Shown here in pieces: positions 62,822 to 64,000 of a stretch of DNA of 64,000 nucleotides (position 1 is the first letter of the stretch; each line of letters begins with the position of its first letter). The translations under genes and the position numbers were made by a program. The notes under the pieces are model-generated. The model was not told the DNA's origin. It did not search any database and worked only from the letters and a program-made list of their open reading frames with translations. The stretch spans positions 288,734,001 through 288,798,000 of the forward strand of contig OZ024743.1 in the NCBI GenBank assembly GCA_964016885.1, in the 5' to 3' direction. The stretch is from Eledone cirrhosa. Its lineage: Eukaryota.

Positions 62822-63006
62822 TGTTTCTACTTTAGGCACAAGGCCAGCAATTACCCAGTACATTACTGGTACTTTATTTTATCGACCCCGTAAGGATGAA
62901 AGGCAAAGTTAACCTCGGCGGGATTTGAACTCAGAACATAAAGGGACGTAACTATTCTAGAAAGCATGGCGTCCGACCCTCTACCGATACTGCCAATCGA
63001 CCGCCC
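62822..63006 (-). mobile_element. Full-length tRNA-derived SINE with 18-bp TSD
   Basis: A-box-like TGGCAGTATCGG and B-box GAGTTCAAATCC. TSD TTGTTAAAATA(C/T)CATAAT at 62804-62821 and 63007-63024. Confidence 0.95.
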
Positions 63007-63475
63007 TTGTTAAAATATCATAATGAAACTATGGAGAAGGAAATGAAAGAGAATAAAAATGTGGGAGGGGATAACTTTAGGCCTTTGACTGAACAACGAA
63101 CTCTCAACTGTGGCTCAGGAACAAGATGGCAAAAGTCTTGCCACGGATAACTGCACTACCCCGCGAGTCAGCCATTGCGAGAACTTCCTTCTGAGAACGT
63201 GTTGTTGATGCTGTTGTTGTTCATGTTGCTAATGTGTTTGCTGATGTTATTGTTTTGTTCCTGTTATTTTCTAGCTCCAGGTCAGACCTGATCAAACTGG
63301 TATGTTATCAAAAGAGCTTTCAATCACTAACGTCCCACTATATATTTCGACACGGCTTAGCTAGGACTACATTTTTAAATGTGTCCATCAATTTTTAAAA
63401 GACTGTAGTAGTAAAATGAAAATGAAATTTGATTGTTATCCCCGGCGGCATACAGGTTTTATTGTTGGTTCGTTG

Positions 63476-63574
63476 TAGTAGTAGTAGTAGTAGTAGCAGT
63501 AGTAGTAGTAGTAGCAGCAGTAGTAGTAGTGTTAGCAGTAGTAGTAGCAGTAGCAGTAGAAGTAGCAGTAGCAT

Positions 63575-63634
<60 letters not shown>

Positions 63635-63757
63635 CAGCAGCAGTAGCAACGGTGGTGATGGTGGTGGTTGTTGTGGCTGTAGCAATTGTATGGCTTTTAG
63701 TAGTAATGATAGTAGTAGTAGCAGTATCAGCAGCGGCAGTAGTAGTAGTAGTAATAA

Positions 63758-63805
<48 letters not shown>

Positions 63806-63890
63806 CAGCAGCAGTAGCAGCAGTAGTAGTAGTAGTAGTAATAGTGGTGATGGTGGTATTGGTGGAGGTGGTAATGTTTATAGTAGTATG
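63476..63890. repeat. (GTA)n/(GCA)n/(GTG)n trinucleotide tract
   Basis: Direct observation. Confidence 0.95.
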
Positions 63891-64000
63891 GTAATTAAAC
63901 TACTTACACTTATAATTACTAGTGTTACTAACGTTAGTAAATGCAAAATAGACTAATGAAAACTACGCTATGTAAATTCTATCAGAGTAGGAAGGGTGGG

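Noticed and set aside
62822-63006. A/B-box sequence as a tRNA gene
   Set aside because: It has no cloverleaf, a long A-B spacing, many truncated copies and TSDs, so it is a SINE.

Overview
AT-rich, microsatellite-dense animal genomic DNA. I infer an octopus (coleoid cephalopod) origin from the SINE families and repeat landscape. I found no host gene, rRNA, tRNA gene or CRISPR array. Nearly all ORFs in the supplied track are microsatellite read-through. The window is a mosaic of mobile elements: a 5'-truncated R4/Dong retrotransposon with an open ORF plus two shorter tandem copies, all in (TAA)n; L1/Tx1-like 3' ends repeatedly in (CTAT)n; CRE-, RTE- and CR1/L2-like relics; an internally deleted mariner with ~103-bp inverted ends; many tRNA-derived SINEs; and many Penelope-like element (PLE) fragments and pseudo-LTR-like units in (TA)n. 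The main unexplained signal is about 15 type I hammerhead ribozyme (HHR) motifs from about 10 unrelated short families. They show independently palindromic stem III sequences, a three-pair compensatory change between two copies, and U3:A8 core variants. One sits in a 422-bp non-coding, retrozyme-like repeat unit. All structures were folded by eye, and none has been tested for activity.
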